Assembly (NCBI GenBank): GCA_030649025.1 | Contig: JAUSGO010000031.1 | Location: forward strand, 9,745-73,744 | From: a bacterium | Lineage (GTDB): Bacteria > Patescibacteriota > Minisyncoccia > JAUYLV01 | Length of the DNA stretch: 64,000 nucleotides | Direction: 5' to 3' | Part shown: one piece after another, positions 17,808 to 27,026 of the stretch | Numbering within the stretch: the stretch's first letter is position 1 | Layout: each line of letters opens with the position of its first letter | The notes under the pieces: generated by a model | The model's input: the letters and a program-made list of their open reading frames with translations, nothing else | What the model was told of the DNA's origin: nothing | The model's database searches: none | Translations under genes and position numbers: made by a program

Positions 17808-19616
17808 TTATTGTATCCGCACGTAGAAATCCGGTTCCGCGACGGTTGAGCCGGAGCTTGAAACAAGACCGAACGGATAATCCCCCTCCGGCGCGTCGGC
17901 GTTTGCCGTGATGGTGTAGACGCCGATGCCGGATATCGTTTCCGTGTTGGTATTTGCAAAGAGGACTTCGCAAATTTTATCATCCGCAATATTCCGTACA
18001 CCGATAGAATTCTGCTCGCCCTTGGCATTACAGCCGAACGGATAACTCATGGGAATATATCCAAGCCCCGCAGCGCCGATACTCATCTTTGGGGGCTCGG
18101 CCGGACCCGCTCCATAAACGATAGTGCCGTCAAGAATATAGGAGTCTCCTCGATTGAGGCAAATAACGTTTAGACCGCTAAGTGAACCGCATTTTTTATC
18201 GCCGACGCTCGAGAAGACGGAAAATACGGCGTCAGCGGTAAAACTGTTTATACTTACTTTCTTAACCCATGACCCGGCAAGTCTCGGCACCCAAGCATAC
18301 CCCGCACCGGTCCAATTTCCGGAGGCATCCGTGACGTGTCCATAAAACGTATTTTGTTCTCCCGTCGGCACACCGTCTTTCCAGCTTGACCAGAGAATAT
18401 CGGAATTGGGCGCACCTCCGGTTATGGTATAGATGGGAACTTCTCCTGCTCCATAGCTAGCCTTATCGAGCGCCAGAAGAATCGCGCCTGGGCACGAAGC
18501 ACCGCTTGCCGTGCATGCATTTTGATTTGCACAAATGCCGGCGGTGTTCGGAACGGCAATGCATGCGCCCGATACGCATTCAAAATGCGTTCCCGGAGCA
18601 AGGCACGAATTCGTAGTAACCGAAATCCTGTTTGAGATCATGGCGCCACGAGAATCTTTGCCGGCACCGTCGTATCGCGCCTTGACCTCAAATTTATATA
18701 GCGTCCCCTTGGAAAGGCCGCTAATGTCGTAGGCTAAAACAGAACCCGGGATCAAAAGATCGGGAGTTCTTCCTATCTCAATATCGCTTGCGTTATACCA
18801 TATCACCGTATACTGGGAGGCTTTGCGGTCATCCCAATTCAATCGGACCGTAACCGTGTTGTTCGCCTGACACGCGCCTTGAGGAGCGGCCGCTTCAATC
18901 CGAAGCGTCGGAGCCGGAACGGGCGGAACGCTCACGCACCCCAGCATAATGGCCTGCGCACTCGCGTCACTGGAAATTGAAAGCATAAGACCGTTAACAA
19001 TCTGCCATGGCCGAGCTCCGTTTCCGTCAATCCTGCTTACCGCTTTCAAATTCCCTTCGGATGAATACCCGGCCTCTTCGCAGTTTCCGTCATTCGGCGC
19101 GTTGTATCCGGCGCTTCCACCCTTCCGAAGATTCGTTTTGGGATCAAGTTGCTGGTAATCCTGATAGACGCAGACCTGTGAGGGATTTGAGGTGCTGCCA
19201 CACCGATTCGGCACACCTCCTCCGTCCGTAGTCGAGAAAGTATATCCCCACCAATTAACAACTTGGTTCGCCGGACAAAAACTTTTAGGCAGACTTCCTC
19301 CCTGTCCTCCGCTTCCGCAAAAACCAGCTGTGGCCCATGGACCTTGGCAGGTATCGGTCGTCCCATCAACGTTCAGTTCGCACCTGAAGTCATAGAGCCA
19401 GGCCTCGCTGTCATCCGAACCATACCCGTATCCCGTCAGCACATTCATGTTGCCGCTTGCCGGATCGAATACCGGTGCCGGCCCGGGAAAGGCACTGGTC
19501 GCGTGCGCAATATTCTCCGCGCCAACAAACATTGCCAACGAAAAAAGAAGAAAGCTCGCTTCCTTGAAAAGAACGACGTACGCGCTTCTCTTTTTTTCTG
19601 AAAACTTGTCTCTCAT
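17808..19616 (-). CDS. Large secreted Cys-rich protein with a fibronectin-III-like domain.
   Basis: Signal peptide, many paired Cys residues, FN3-like segment (TLYKFEVKARYDGAG). Confidence 0.5.
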   Translation of the reverse strand: MRDKFSEKKRSAYVVLFKEASFLLFSLAMFVGAENIAHATSAFPGPAPVFDPASGNMNVLTGYGYGSDDSEAWLYDFRCELNVDGTTDTCQGPWATAGFCGSGGQGGSLPKSFCPANQVVNWWGYTFSTTDGGGVPNRCGSTSNPSQVCVYQDYQQLDPKTNLRKGGSAGYNAPNDGNCEEAGYSSEGNLKAVSRIDGNGARPWQIVNGLMLSISSDASAQAIMLGCVSVPPVPAPTLRIEAAAPQGACQANNTVTVRLNWDDRKASQYTVIWYNASDIEIGRTPDLLIPGSVLAYDISGLSKGTLYKFEVKARYDGAGKDSRGAMISNRISVTTNSCLAPGTHFECVSGACIAVPNTAGICANQNACTASGASCPGAILLALDKASYGAGEVPIYTITGGAPNSDILWSSWKDGVPTGEQNTFYGHVTDASGNWTGAGYAWVPRLAGSWVKKVSINSFTADAVFSVFSSVGDKKCGSLSGLNVICLNRGDSYILDGTIVYGAGPAEPPKMSIGAAGLGYIPMSYPFGCNAKGEQNSIGVRNIADDKICEVLFANTNTETISGIGVYTITANADAPEGDYPFGLVSSSGSTVAEPDFYVRIQ

Positions 19617-19626
19617 ATCATCTTAT

Positions 19627-20199
19627 TCATCGTTGTTCAATGGTCTGTCTGCCATTTTGCCTATACGAGACCTGGATACCAACTTCTCCCGTAGGAATTT
19701 GCACCATCGCGATGCGCACGCCGTCCTCTCCCTTTACCGCATCAAGCCTCCCCTCGTTGGCATCGGCCTGGGTCATGGCATTCTGGATGAACTCCCAGCC
19801 CCGTTTTGCGAAATAGTCAGAAAAATATTCTTTATGCTCCTCCAAAGATCGTTTCGAAACATATTCAACTAAAAGATAGGCGTACTGCTCTCCCGGATGT
19901 TCCTGTCTCCAGCTTTGTTTAAAAATAATATCTCTTTCGATAATAAGGTCTTGCGGAAATCCGTGGGGAAGCGCTCCGGGCTTGGAAAAAACGGGCGGCA
20001 GTTCAATCGGCATGCCGGGTGCGGGAATTTGCGAGATCTGCGGCCCGTAATTACGCCCGGGATCGCTGACAAGATATGTAACAGGACTGTTTATGGAAAA
20101 AAATCGTTGCAGCACCCCGTATCTCCAAATGACGAGTGCCATGATAAACGAAGCGATGATTATTGAAATCAAAAGAATTTTTTTTGATCGAGATGCCAT
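19627..20199 (-). CDS. Membrane-anchored hypothetical protein.
   Basis: N-terminal TM helix. It is packed between two secreted-protein genes. Confidence 0.4.
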   Translation of the reverse strand: MASRSKKILLISIIIASFIMALVIWRYGVLQRFFSINSPVTYLVSDPGRNYGPQISQIPAPGMPIELPPVFSKPGALPHGFPQDLIIERDIIFKQSWRQEHPGEQYAYLLVEYVSKRSLEEHKEYFSDYFAKRGWEFIQNAMTQADANEGRLDAVKGEDGVRIAMVQIPTGEVGIQVSYRQNGRQTIEQR

Positions 20200-20305
20200 G
20201 GCTATAATTTTACACTAACCTCGGGATTCAAAAAAGCTTTAAAATTCTCCGCCATTCCCAAAATAAGGACGGCTCGGGCGTTAAACACACATGCGCAAAG
20301 TACGT

Positions 20306-22438
20306 TCACAAAGCTGTGCCACCGCCGCACGAGCCATCGCATTGTATGCTCATATTCTCAATACAAATGTTCGTATTGCATGCGCTGCCCTTGTTTGGGA
20401 CACAACAGGTAGTATTGTCTGGCTGGCAGACGGCCTGCACCCCGGTGCAGGTATTATTGCACGTCCCGCCGCATCCATTATCTCCTCCACATTTTACCGG
20501 CGGACCGGAGCAATTGGGAACACATGCGGCATCGGCAGGGGCAAGGGTAACAACGACGCCCGGCGAGACGCTGCTGTTCCCCGCCGCGTCATACGCTTTT
20601 GCCTGCAAGCGATAGGAACCGTCGTTAATGCTTGAAATATCCCAGTCAAACTCGAAAGATTTAAGATCGTCCCCTCGCCTGCCTGCTCCGATAAGCGCAT
20701 CATTTGCGAGGAAATCAACCCTGACCGCCCCTACATTGTCGCTTGTTACCGCCCAGATAGCGAAATTGTCCTTGAGCGCCGTTACGGGGTTGGTTTGCTT
20801 GGGACTCGTGATATTCACCGTTGGCTTCTGTGTGTCGGCGCCGGGGAAAGGCGCTATGCCAACTTTGGCAAGGCGCTTTTGCAACAATACCCTGCTTAAA
20901 GCGTTGTACCCGAAAGGGTCGGAAAGCGAACGCATGAGAGAGCTTGGAGACGATCGGTAATAAACCGTTTTGCCCGCGCATCCGGCGATACAGGCTGTAA
21001 TATTATATGTGGCGTTATCCCAAAGCGGGCAGGTTTGCGACCCATCGCAGTTTCTTCCCGAAAAGTATGGCGTTGGCTTGTTGTGGTATTCGTCAAGCAG
21101 ACTGCCGAAGGAGTGGCTGAACTCATGTACCGCGGTTCTGGCTACAAAATTCCTTTTCCCCCCAACCGTTGTAACAAATGCCTGTCCTCCAACGCCAAGG
21201 TCCATCTCATTATGGTTTCGATCGTAAGACGATATGCTGGTATCGAAATACGCGCAGCCGGTAGGAGCATCCAACGTACCCGAGCGAACAAATGTTAAGA
21301 CCGTATCGTACGGCCCTTGAGAATTCGTAAGGGCTGTTACGGCGCTTTGATTGCAGGAATAGGCGGGAGCGCATTCGTTCTGGGAACAGTTAAGACGCGT
21401 ATCGGAAAGCGGGAGAAAGCCGACCGGTTCAATGCTGATGGCCGAAGCGAATGCGGCATATGGCTCAAGAGAAAGGAGAAGATCCCTGAACGCCTGCCAG
21501 TCTCCGTCAAACTCCTCCTGGCTCGGATAATTCACGCCGAGCACCGCAATACGCAGCATTCCGCCTGCCGCGCGCGCGGTATTCGGAGCGAACTTGAACG
21601 TCATTTCGGATGCGATGCCGGAGGAACCGTGCCGAAGCGCGAATTTTCTGTGTGATTCTTGGATCGCACTTGCAACAGTCTGTTGGGTAATGAAATTTCC
21701 AATCGCATCGGTAATGACAAGCGTTTTGGCTCCGGTAATTGCCGGCAAAACCATGCCGGCGTTCAATGATCCGATATCCCCCCCGACAAGCTGCGCGGGG
21801 TCAATATTGCCAGATGCATCCAGGACCTCTCCGATCACGGTATTGGGAGCATTGAACGGATGCACAAAAAGCGTCTCACCGTTCACATCCAGAAGTTTTG
21901 CGATATATTCTCCACTGTCGAGCGTCGGTGGCGTATAAAATCCGTCGAATGGCGCTCCGGCTGCAGAAATAACGCTCCCTTCGCCATCGCCGGAGATGTT
22001 CATGTCAACAAAGATCATTGGCGCAGATGCCGGACCGCCTTCTTCTCCGTTACTACCGGTAACTCCGGCCGGGCTTCCCGTGCCGACGAAAGTGCCTACT
22101 ACCTGCACAAAGACCCTTGCGAGAATAAGTATGGTAAACCCTATGACGGCCCACAGCAGGATTTCCTTCGCTTTTCGATATCGTTCTTCGTTGCCAAATG
22201 AGAGCATCATGCGCACACCGGCATACACAATAAGAAAGGCCGCTGCAATGATGCCGATAAAGACGAGAAAATTAACAAGATTGGTGATAAGTTCTTTAAC
22301 AGATCTTGCATTCAAAAAATTCGGTATGGACGCACTGCCGAAAACCACTTGCGCATGCGCTAGCGCCGGTACGGCAAGTGCCAAAACTATAAGAACCAAA
22401 AAAACCAAAGAGATTTTTTTCATATTTTTCCGCATCAA
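20306..22438 (-). CDS. Secreted zinc metallopeptidase (HEFSH...DEY, M64-like) with an N-terminal VirB2/TrbC-like two-helix pilin module and a C-terminal Ig-like Cys-rich region.
   Basis: HEFSHSFGSLLDEY motif. The N-terminus (signal peptide, then helix-SFGNEERYRKAKE-helix) is homologous to the stand-alone pilin-like gene at 43858-44253. Confidence 0.5.
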   Translation of the reverse strand: MMRKNMKKISLVFLVLIVLALAVPALAHAQVVFGSASIPNFLNARSVKELITNLVNFLVFIGIIAAAFLIVYAGVRMMLSFGNEERYRKAKEILLWAVIGFTILILARVFVQVVGTFVGTGSPAGVTGSNGEEGGPASAPMIFVDMNISGDGEGSVISAAGAPFDGFYTPPTLDSGEYIAKLLDVNGETLFVHPFNAPNTVIGEVLDASGNIDPAQLVGGDIGSLNAGMVLPAITGAKTLVITDAIGNFITQQTVASAIQESHRKFALRHGSSGIASEMTFKFAPNTARAAGGMLRIAVLGVNYPSQEEFDGDWQAFRDLLLSLEPYAAFASAISIEPVGFLPLSDTRLNCSQNECAPAYSCNQSAVTALTNSQGPYDTVLTFVRSGTLDAPTGCAYFDTSISSYDRNHNEMDLGVGGQAFVTTVGGKRNFVARTAVHEFSHSFGSLLDEYHNKPTPYFSGRNCDGSQTCPLWDNATYNITACIAGCAGKTVYYRSSPSSLMRSLSDPFGYNALSRVLLQKRLAKVGIAPFPGADTQKPTVNITSPKQTNPVTALKDNFAIWAVTSDNVGAVRVDFLANDALIGAGRRGDDLKSFEFDWDISSINDGSYRLQAKAYDAAGNSSVSPGVVVTLAPADAACVPNCSGPPVKCGGDNGCGGTCNNTCTGVQAVCQPDNTTCCVPNKGSACNTNICIENMSIQCDGSCGGGTAL

Positions 22439-23675
22439 TTTATGCTTCTTGTTCCCCGGAGCACAGAGGCCCGCTCAAGACGCCGCAGCGCAACGGCATA
22501 TGCCGCGTATTTCAATGATGTACGGGAAGATTTTTTTTCCTGAAGCACCGCTTTTAGCCCTTCCGTCATAAGTTTGCGGAGTTTTTCGTGCACTTCTTGC
22601 TTCTCCCAGTAATACCCCGTGCGGTTCTGCACCCATTCCAGGTAACTTACGGCGACTCCGCCGCTATTTGCAAGAATGTCGGGGATTACGGAAATGCGGC
22701 GTTTTTCCAGCAATGCATCCGCCTCCGGAGTTGTCGGGCCGTTAGCAAGCTCCAGGATCAGCTTTGCTTTGACGCGTTTGGCGTTTTCTTTTGTCAGCTG
22801 GCTCTCAAGAGCCGCTGGAACCAGAACGTCAACCGGAAGCTCGAGAAGTTCGGCGTTGGTCAAGTTATATTTCGGCAATTTTTTTCCATTCTTCTTTAAA
22901 GAAAGAAGTTTTTTTACGGCAAGCCCCTGCGCGTTAAACCAGGCGCCTTTTGAATCGGATATCGCAACGATCGTATGTCCCCGCTCCTGAAGTAGCTGCG
23001 CCGCAATTCCTCCGACGTTCCCCATGCCTTGTATGGCAATGGCAAGTTTTGAATTTTGAATTTTGAATTTTGCTTGAGGTACTCCTCAAGTGTATAGATG
23101 CCGCCGAGCGCCGTCGCCTCTTCCCGGCCCTGGGAACCGCCAAGCTCCGCGGGCTTTCCCGTAAATGCTCCCCATGCGGATACGCCCATAAGGCGCGAGT
23201 ACTCGTCGGCCATCCACGCCATGATGCGCGCATCGCTCCCTACGTCCGGCGCGGGTACATCTATATCCGGACCAATGCTGCGCCAGAAGGCCCTTACCCA
23301 TGCGCGCGAGAGTCTTTCCAGCTCCTTGGGCGAAAGTGCTTTTGGGTCAACGCCGATGCCACCTTTGCCGCCGCCCATGGGGATGCCTATAACGGCACAT
23401 TTAAGCGTCATGCCAAGCGCCAATCCCTTTACCTCTTCCGAATCGACATCTGGATGAAACCGGATACCGCCTTTGTAAGGACCGCGGAGATTATTGTGCT
23501 GTATCCGATATGCGTCAAAAACCGCGGGCTTGCCATTGTCTAGCTTGATGTGCAACTTCTTGCGCAAAATCCTATCCGGGTTTTTGAGAACGTTAAGAAC
23601 AGAAGGCTTAATATGCGCCTTCTTTCCGGCCCGCCACAGACCGCGCATCATGTTTTCGAAAAGTGAAGCGCTCAT
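22435..23675 (-). pseudogene. gdh: Glutamate dehydrogenase split by a frameshift at a (caaaatt)3 heptanucleotide repeat. It may be a sequencing error.
   Basis: ORF 22914-23675 carries KGGIRF, GGGKGG and GREEAT. ORF 22435-23025 carries GNVGG onward. The second frame read upstream gives KLAIAIQGMGNVGG. A fourth heptamer copy would restore one continuous frame. Confidence 0.7.
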
Positions 23676-23755
23676 TTAAATTATGCCTCGATTATTAACT
23701 TCCGCGGAGCTCCGGAGCGCAACATCCAATGCAGCGGCACAACAAGAACATGAGA

Positions 23756-24694
23756 TTATTTTTGAGACATCAGCCACTGGTGAGCTGCCAGCGTTGCCTT
23801 CGCCGCCTCCCCAGAGGCAATGATCGCCTGTTTGTAGGGAATGTCGGTAACATCGCCGGCCGCGAAGATCCCCGGATGCGATGTCATATTGGTTTTGGAG
23901 TCTACCACAATTTCTCCGAACCGATTAACTTCCACGAGGTCCTTCACCAAAGCGGAGTTCGGAGAAAATCCGACAGCAATAAAAACTCCGTCAAGGGCAA
24001 GTTCAAAAACTTCCTCACTCTTTGCGTCTTTGTAGCGCAGTCCCGTGACCCATCCGTCTTTTCCGAGAATTTCTGTGGTGATGGCGTTATAAATAACCGT
24101 GATCTGCTCTCCGGCGGCTTTTATATTCTCTTTCGTCACTTCGTCGGCTTTCAGCGTTTCTCCCCGGTGCAAGAGATACACCTTCGTCGCGTATTTCGTA
24201 AGAAGTAAGGCGGCTTCCGTTCCCGTATTTCCTCCCCCGATAACCGCAGTGCGTTTCCCAACAAAAAGAGGCGCGTCGCACGTCGCGCAATACGTTACGC
24301 CCTTATTCGTATGCATCTGCTCTCCGGGAACTTGCAAGAACTTCGGTTTGCCCCCGGTAGCGACCAGAATGGCCCGCGTTTCTATCACCTCCCCTTTCGC
24401 GCTCACTGCCTGGAATATCTCGCGCCCCTCTTCTCTGCGGCTGATAATTTTCTCGACCAGCCACGGCTCCTTCAAATCAACCTCCAGTCCGGAAACCTGC
24501 TGTTTCATGTTTTGCACCAATTTGTATCCATCAACATCAATGTACCCGGGATAATTATGAAACTCGGGCTGCAGCGCCGCCTGTCCCCCTATCTCGCCTG
24601 CCGTCATCGCCACTTTCATTTTTTTTCTTCCGGCATAGATACCCGCGGTCATCGCCGCAGCTCCGCCGCCCACGATTACCAAGTCATAGACCAT
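23756..24694 (-). CDS. trxB: Thioredoxin-disulfide reductase.
   Basis: Two FAD/NAD GxGxxG motifs and the CATCD redox motif. Confidence 0.9.
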   Translation of the reverse strand: MVYDLVIVGGGAAAMTAGIYAGRKKMKVAMTAGEIGGQAALQPEFHNYPGYIDVDGYKLVQNMKQQVSGLEVDLKEPWLVEKIISRREEGREIFQAVSAKGEVIETRAILVATGGKPKFLQVPGEQMHTNKGVTYCATCDAPLFVGKRTAVIGGGNTGTEAALLLTKYATKVYLLHRGETLKADEVTKENIKAAGEQITVIYNAITTEILGKDGWVTGLRYKDAKSEEVFELALDGVFIAVGFSPNSALVKDLVEVNRFGEIVVDSKTNMTSHPGIFAAGDVTDIPYKQAIIASGEAAKATLAAHQWLMSQK

Positions 24695-24695
24695 G

Positions 24696-24791
24696 AAATA
24701 AGATTAGCTTACCAGCTTGTTAGCTTATTAGCCCAAAAAGTTCGAAATTTCCTAGAAAGCTAGTCAGCTAGAAAGCTAGTCAGCTAGAAAG
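24696..24791. repeat. AGCT-rich intercistronic repeat (tandem agctagtcagctagaaagct units).
   Basis: Located between the ROK kinase stop and the trxB start. Confidence 0.5.
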
Positions 24792-25688
24792 CTAAAAGCT
24801 CTCAAATAGCATTGCCGCTCCCAGCGCTCCGGCATCATCAATATTTTTTGCTGGCATGATGGGAAGGCGTTTTGCGCGCCCAGATATGATGTGCGCAAAC
24901 GCCACCTTCCGCGCGACACGAAGAAAAAGTTTATGTGCATTTGCTATGCCTCCCCCAAGTACTACTGCGTCAGGGTCCAGAGTATTGGCGATATTCGCAA
25001 TACCAATTCCAAGATTATAGCCAAAATCCTCGTAAATCTTTTTTGCCTTGCGGTTTCCGGAAAAAGCCGACTCTCCCAGCTCCTTCGGTTCTTTCCCTCC
25101 GACCCGCATGATAAACTTACGCGACGCATACATCTCGAGACACCCTCTCTGACCGCACACGCATCGCTCTCCCTTTGGCATTATAACGGTATGTCCGATC
25201 TCTCCGGCCATATCATGGGCTCCCGCCCAGATCTTTTTACCGACCAGAACTCCCCCTCCCAGACCCGTACCAATGGTCAGCCCAACAATAATCGGTGCAC
25301 CCAGACGGCCCCTCGAACGAACCGGAAAAGACGCCTTGGCCCCTTTTACAAAACATCTCGCATCGTTCTCGAGCCTTATGGGAATATGTGAACGACGTTG
25401 AAGCCATGAGGAAAGACCCAGGCCTCTTAGTGCCGGGAAATTCGGAGCGGAAAGAAGCGTTCCTCTTTTTTCGTCAAGGTCGGAAGGGACCCCAATGCCG
25501 ATCCCGTCTATTTTTTCTCCCACGGCAAATTGTTGCAGAGTCTCCACAGTTCGCAAAATTACCTCAAGCACCGCTTCACGCGTCCTTTTTTTGTGCAGAA
25601 CATGCACGCGCTCAATAATACGGCCTCCTTTCATCAGGATGCCGTGTATTTTCGTTCCTCCGATATCAATACCGATAATGTAGGCCAC
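24792..25688 (-). CDS. ROK-family glucokinase or transcriptional-regulator-like sugar kinase.
   Basis: IGIDIGGTK N-terminus and the ROK Cys/His zinc motif (CVCGQRGC). Confidence 0.8.
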   Translation of the reverse strand: MAYIIGIDIGGTKIHGILMKGGRIIERVHVLHKKRTREAVLEVILRTVETLQQFAVGEKIDGIGIGVPSDLDEKRGTLLSAPNFPALRGLGLSSWLQRRSHIPIRLENDARCFVKGAKASFPVRSRGRLGAPIIVGLTIGTGLGGGVLVGKKIWAGAHDMAGEIGHTVIMPKGERCVCGQRGCLEMYASRKFIMRVGGKEPKELGESAFSGNRKAKKIYEDFGYNLGIGIANIANTLDPDAVVLGGGIANAHKLFLRVARKVAFAHIISGRAKRLPIMPAKNIDDAGALGAAMLFESF

Positions 25689-25756
25689 GATCAGACGTAA
25701 TCACGCATTGCGGACTTCGGATTGAGATAATCCGTGATCCGTAATCCGTGATTCGC

Positions 25757-25996
25757 TCAATTTTTTATTCCTAAAAGCTCCATAAGGCGCGCCTTATCAA
25801 ATCCCACGATAAGTTGGCCGTCTACATCAATGACCGGCACGCCCATCTGTCCCGAGCGCTGGATCATTTCGTCCCGGTAAGAAGCGTCTTGGGCTACGTT
25901 GTGATCCGTGTAGAGAATCTTATGCTGATCAAAAAATTCCTTTGCCATGCGGCAATAGACGCAGGTGGGCGTTGAATAGATATTTATTGTTGGCAT
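25757..25996 (-). CDS. Glutaredoxin-like protein (NrdH/Grx).
   Basis: CVYC active site. Start moved to MPTINIY; the ORF-track N-terminal extension was rejected. Confidence 0.7.
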   Translation of the reverse strand: MPTINIYSTPTCVYCRMAKEFFDQHKILYTDHNVAQDASYRDEMIQRSGQMGVPVIDVDGQLIVGFDKARLMELLGIKN

Positions 25997-26076
25997 ACGG
26001 TAATGGGTTAACAAGCTAATGAGTTGGCGAGTTCGCAACCCGCTAACCCGTTAACTGGATAATCATGATTAAAAAA

Positions 26077-26451
26077 CTACACGAGCAACGAATGTATATA
26101 ACGTTTAAGCTGTTCTTTCTCCGGCACCATCCCCTGACTATACACCTTCCCATCAATTTCGAGAATGGGAGGACGGGAAGCTCCTTTGCATAGAGGGAAA
26201 AACCACCAGAATATCCACGAGCGAACGCGAAATCTGACCGCCCGCTCCACCCCAAGCTCGCGTATGATCCCCGCCACAAGATCGGCAAGGACGTCCTCTC
26301 TGTCCGCGCGGCGGTATACAATAATAGAAAGCGTACGGCGAGCCGGCCAGGTTTTTTCTATCATGCGGGCAACCGGCTCCATGACGTGGCCTGAGGAGCC
26401 GACTACCGCACTTGTCGTTGATTGCAGTGATGCCTCATTCGTTGTGGGCAT
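26077..26451 (-). CDS. Thioredoxin-fold-like hypothetical protein.
   Basis: C-terminal region ILEIDGKVYSQG has a Grx-like fold. No CxxC motif. Confidence 0.3.
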   Translation of the reverse strand: MPTTNEASLQSTTSAVVGSSGHVMEPVARMIEKTWPARRTLSIIVYRRADREDVLADLVAGIIRELGVERAVRFRVRSWIFWWFFPLCKGASRPPILEIDGKVYSQGMVPEKEQLKRYIHSLLV

Positions 26452-26626
26452 AGCGCTCTTTAATTTCCTTCACTTCATTTTCAACTTCCTCCAGCCTCTC
26501 TTTGCACGAATGCACCAATTGCAGCCCCTCCGCGTATTTTTTCATCGCCTCTTCAACGTCGGCCTCATCGCCTTCAAGTTCCAAGACAATACGCTCGAGC
26601 CGTTCGAACGCTTCTTTGAATTTCAT
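26435..26626 (-). CDS. xseB: Exodeoxyribonuclease VII small subunit.
   Basis: MKFKEAFERLERIV... is 63 aa of coiled coil typical of XseB. The longer ORF-track start was rejected. Confidence 0.8.
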   Translation of the reverse strand: MKFKEAFERLERIVLELEGDEADVEEAMKKYAEGLQLVHSCKERLEEVENEVKEIKERYAHNE

Positions 26627-26669
26627 TGGCTTACTTTTTGGAGTTGTTGATCTTTTTATCGGCATATAT

Positions 26670-26990
26670 TTAATCCCTTGAAAACACCAAAATAGCGAAT
26701 GCACCGTATGCAAGAGAAAATCCGTTAAGTACGAGGGAGGCGATGCCGAGTCCTTCGGCGCGGCCAATTCTTTTTATGCGCAATAACGTCAGCACAAGAC
26801 TTAGCGCAATCGGCGCGAAAAATAGCACCGCCGAGAGTGTAGTTGCCTCAACCGCATTGGCGGCCTGGGACGGAGGAGTTCCTTGGCTCTGTACGGGAAT
26901 CATGCCCGCGCCATACAAGAGATGGGTTATTATACTCATCGCCGAGAGCACCGAGGACCAAAGCGAAAGGGAAAATGAAAGATAGGGCAT
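26670..26990 (-). CDS. Small two-TM membrane protein.
   Basis: Two hydrophobic helices separated by a basic loop. Confidence 0.35.
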   Translation of the reverse strand: MPYLSFSLSLWSSVLSAMSIITHLLYGAGMIPVQSQGTPPSQAANAVEATTLSAVLFFAPIALSLVLTLLRIKRIGRAEGLGIASLVLNGFSLAYGAFAILVFSRD

Positions 26991-27026
26991 GATATAAAAA
27001 TCCTAATATTCCTTTTGTAGAACCTG

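Noticed and set aside
23040-23075. The ttttgaa heptamer run as an inserted fragment of the family-1 repeat disrupting gdh.
   Set aside because: The repeat is in frame and encodes a plausible GDH linker (NSKFKIQNSK). The simpler explanation is a copy-number change, or an error, within a native coding microsatellite.
26435-26767. 110-aa version of xseB.
   Set aside because: XseB is about 60-80 aa. MKFKEAFERLERIV begins at 26626, and the upstream extension overlaps the neighbouring membrane-protein ORF.
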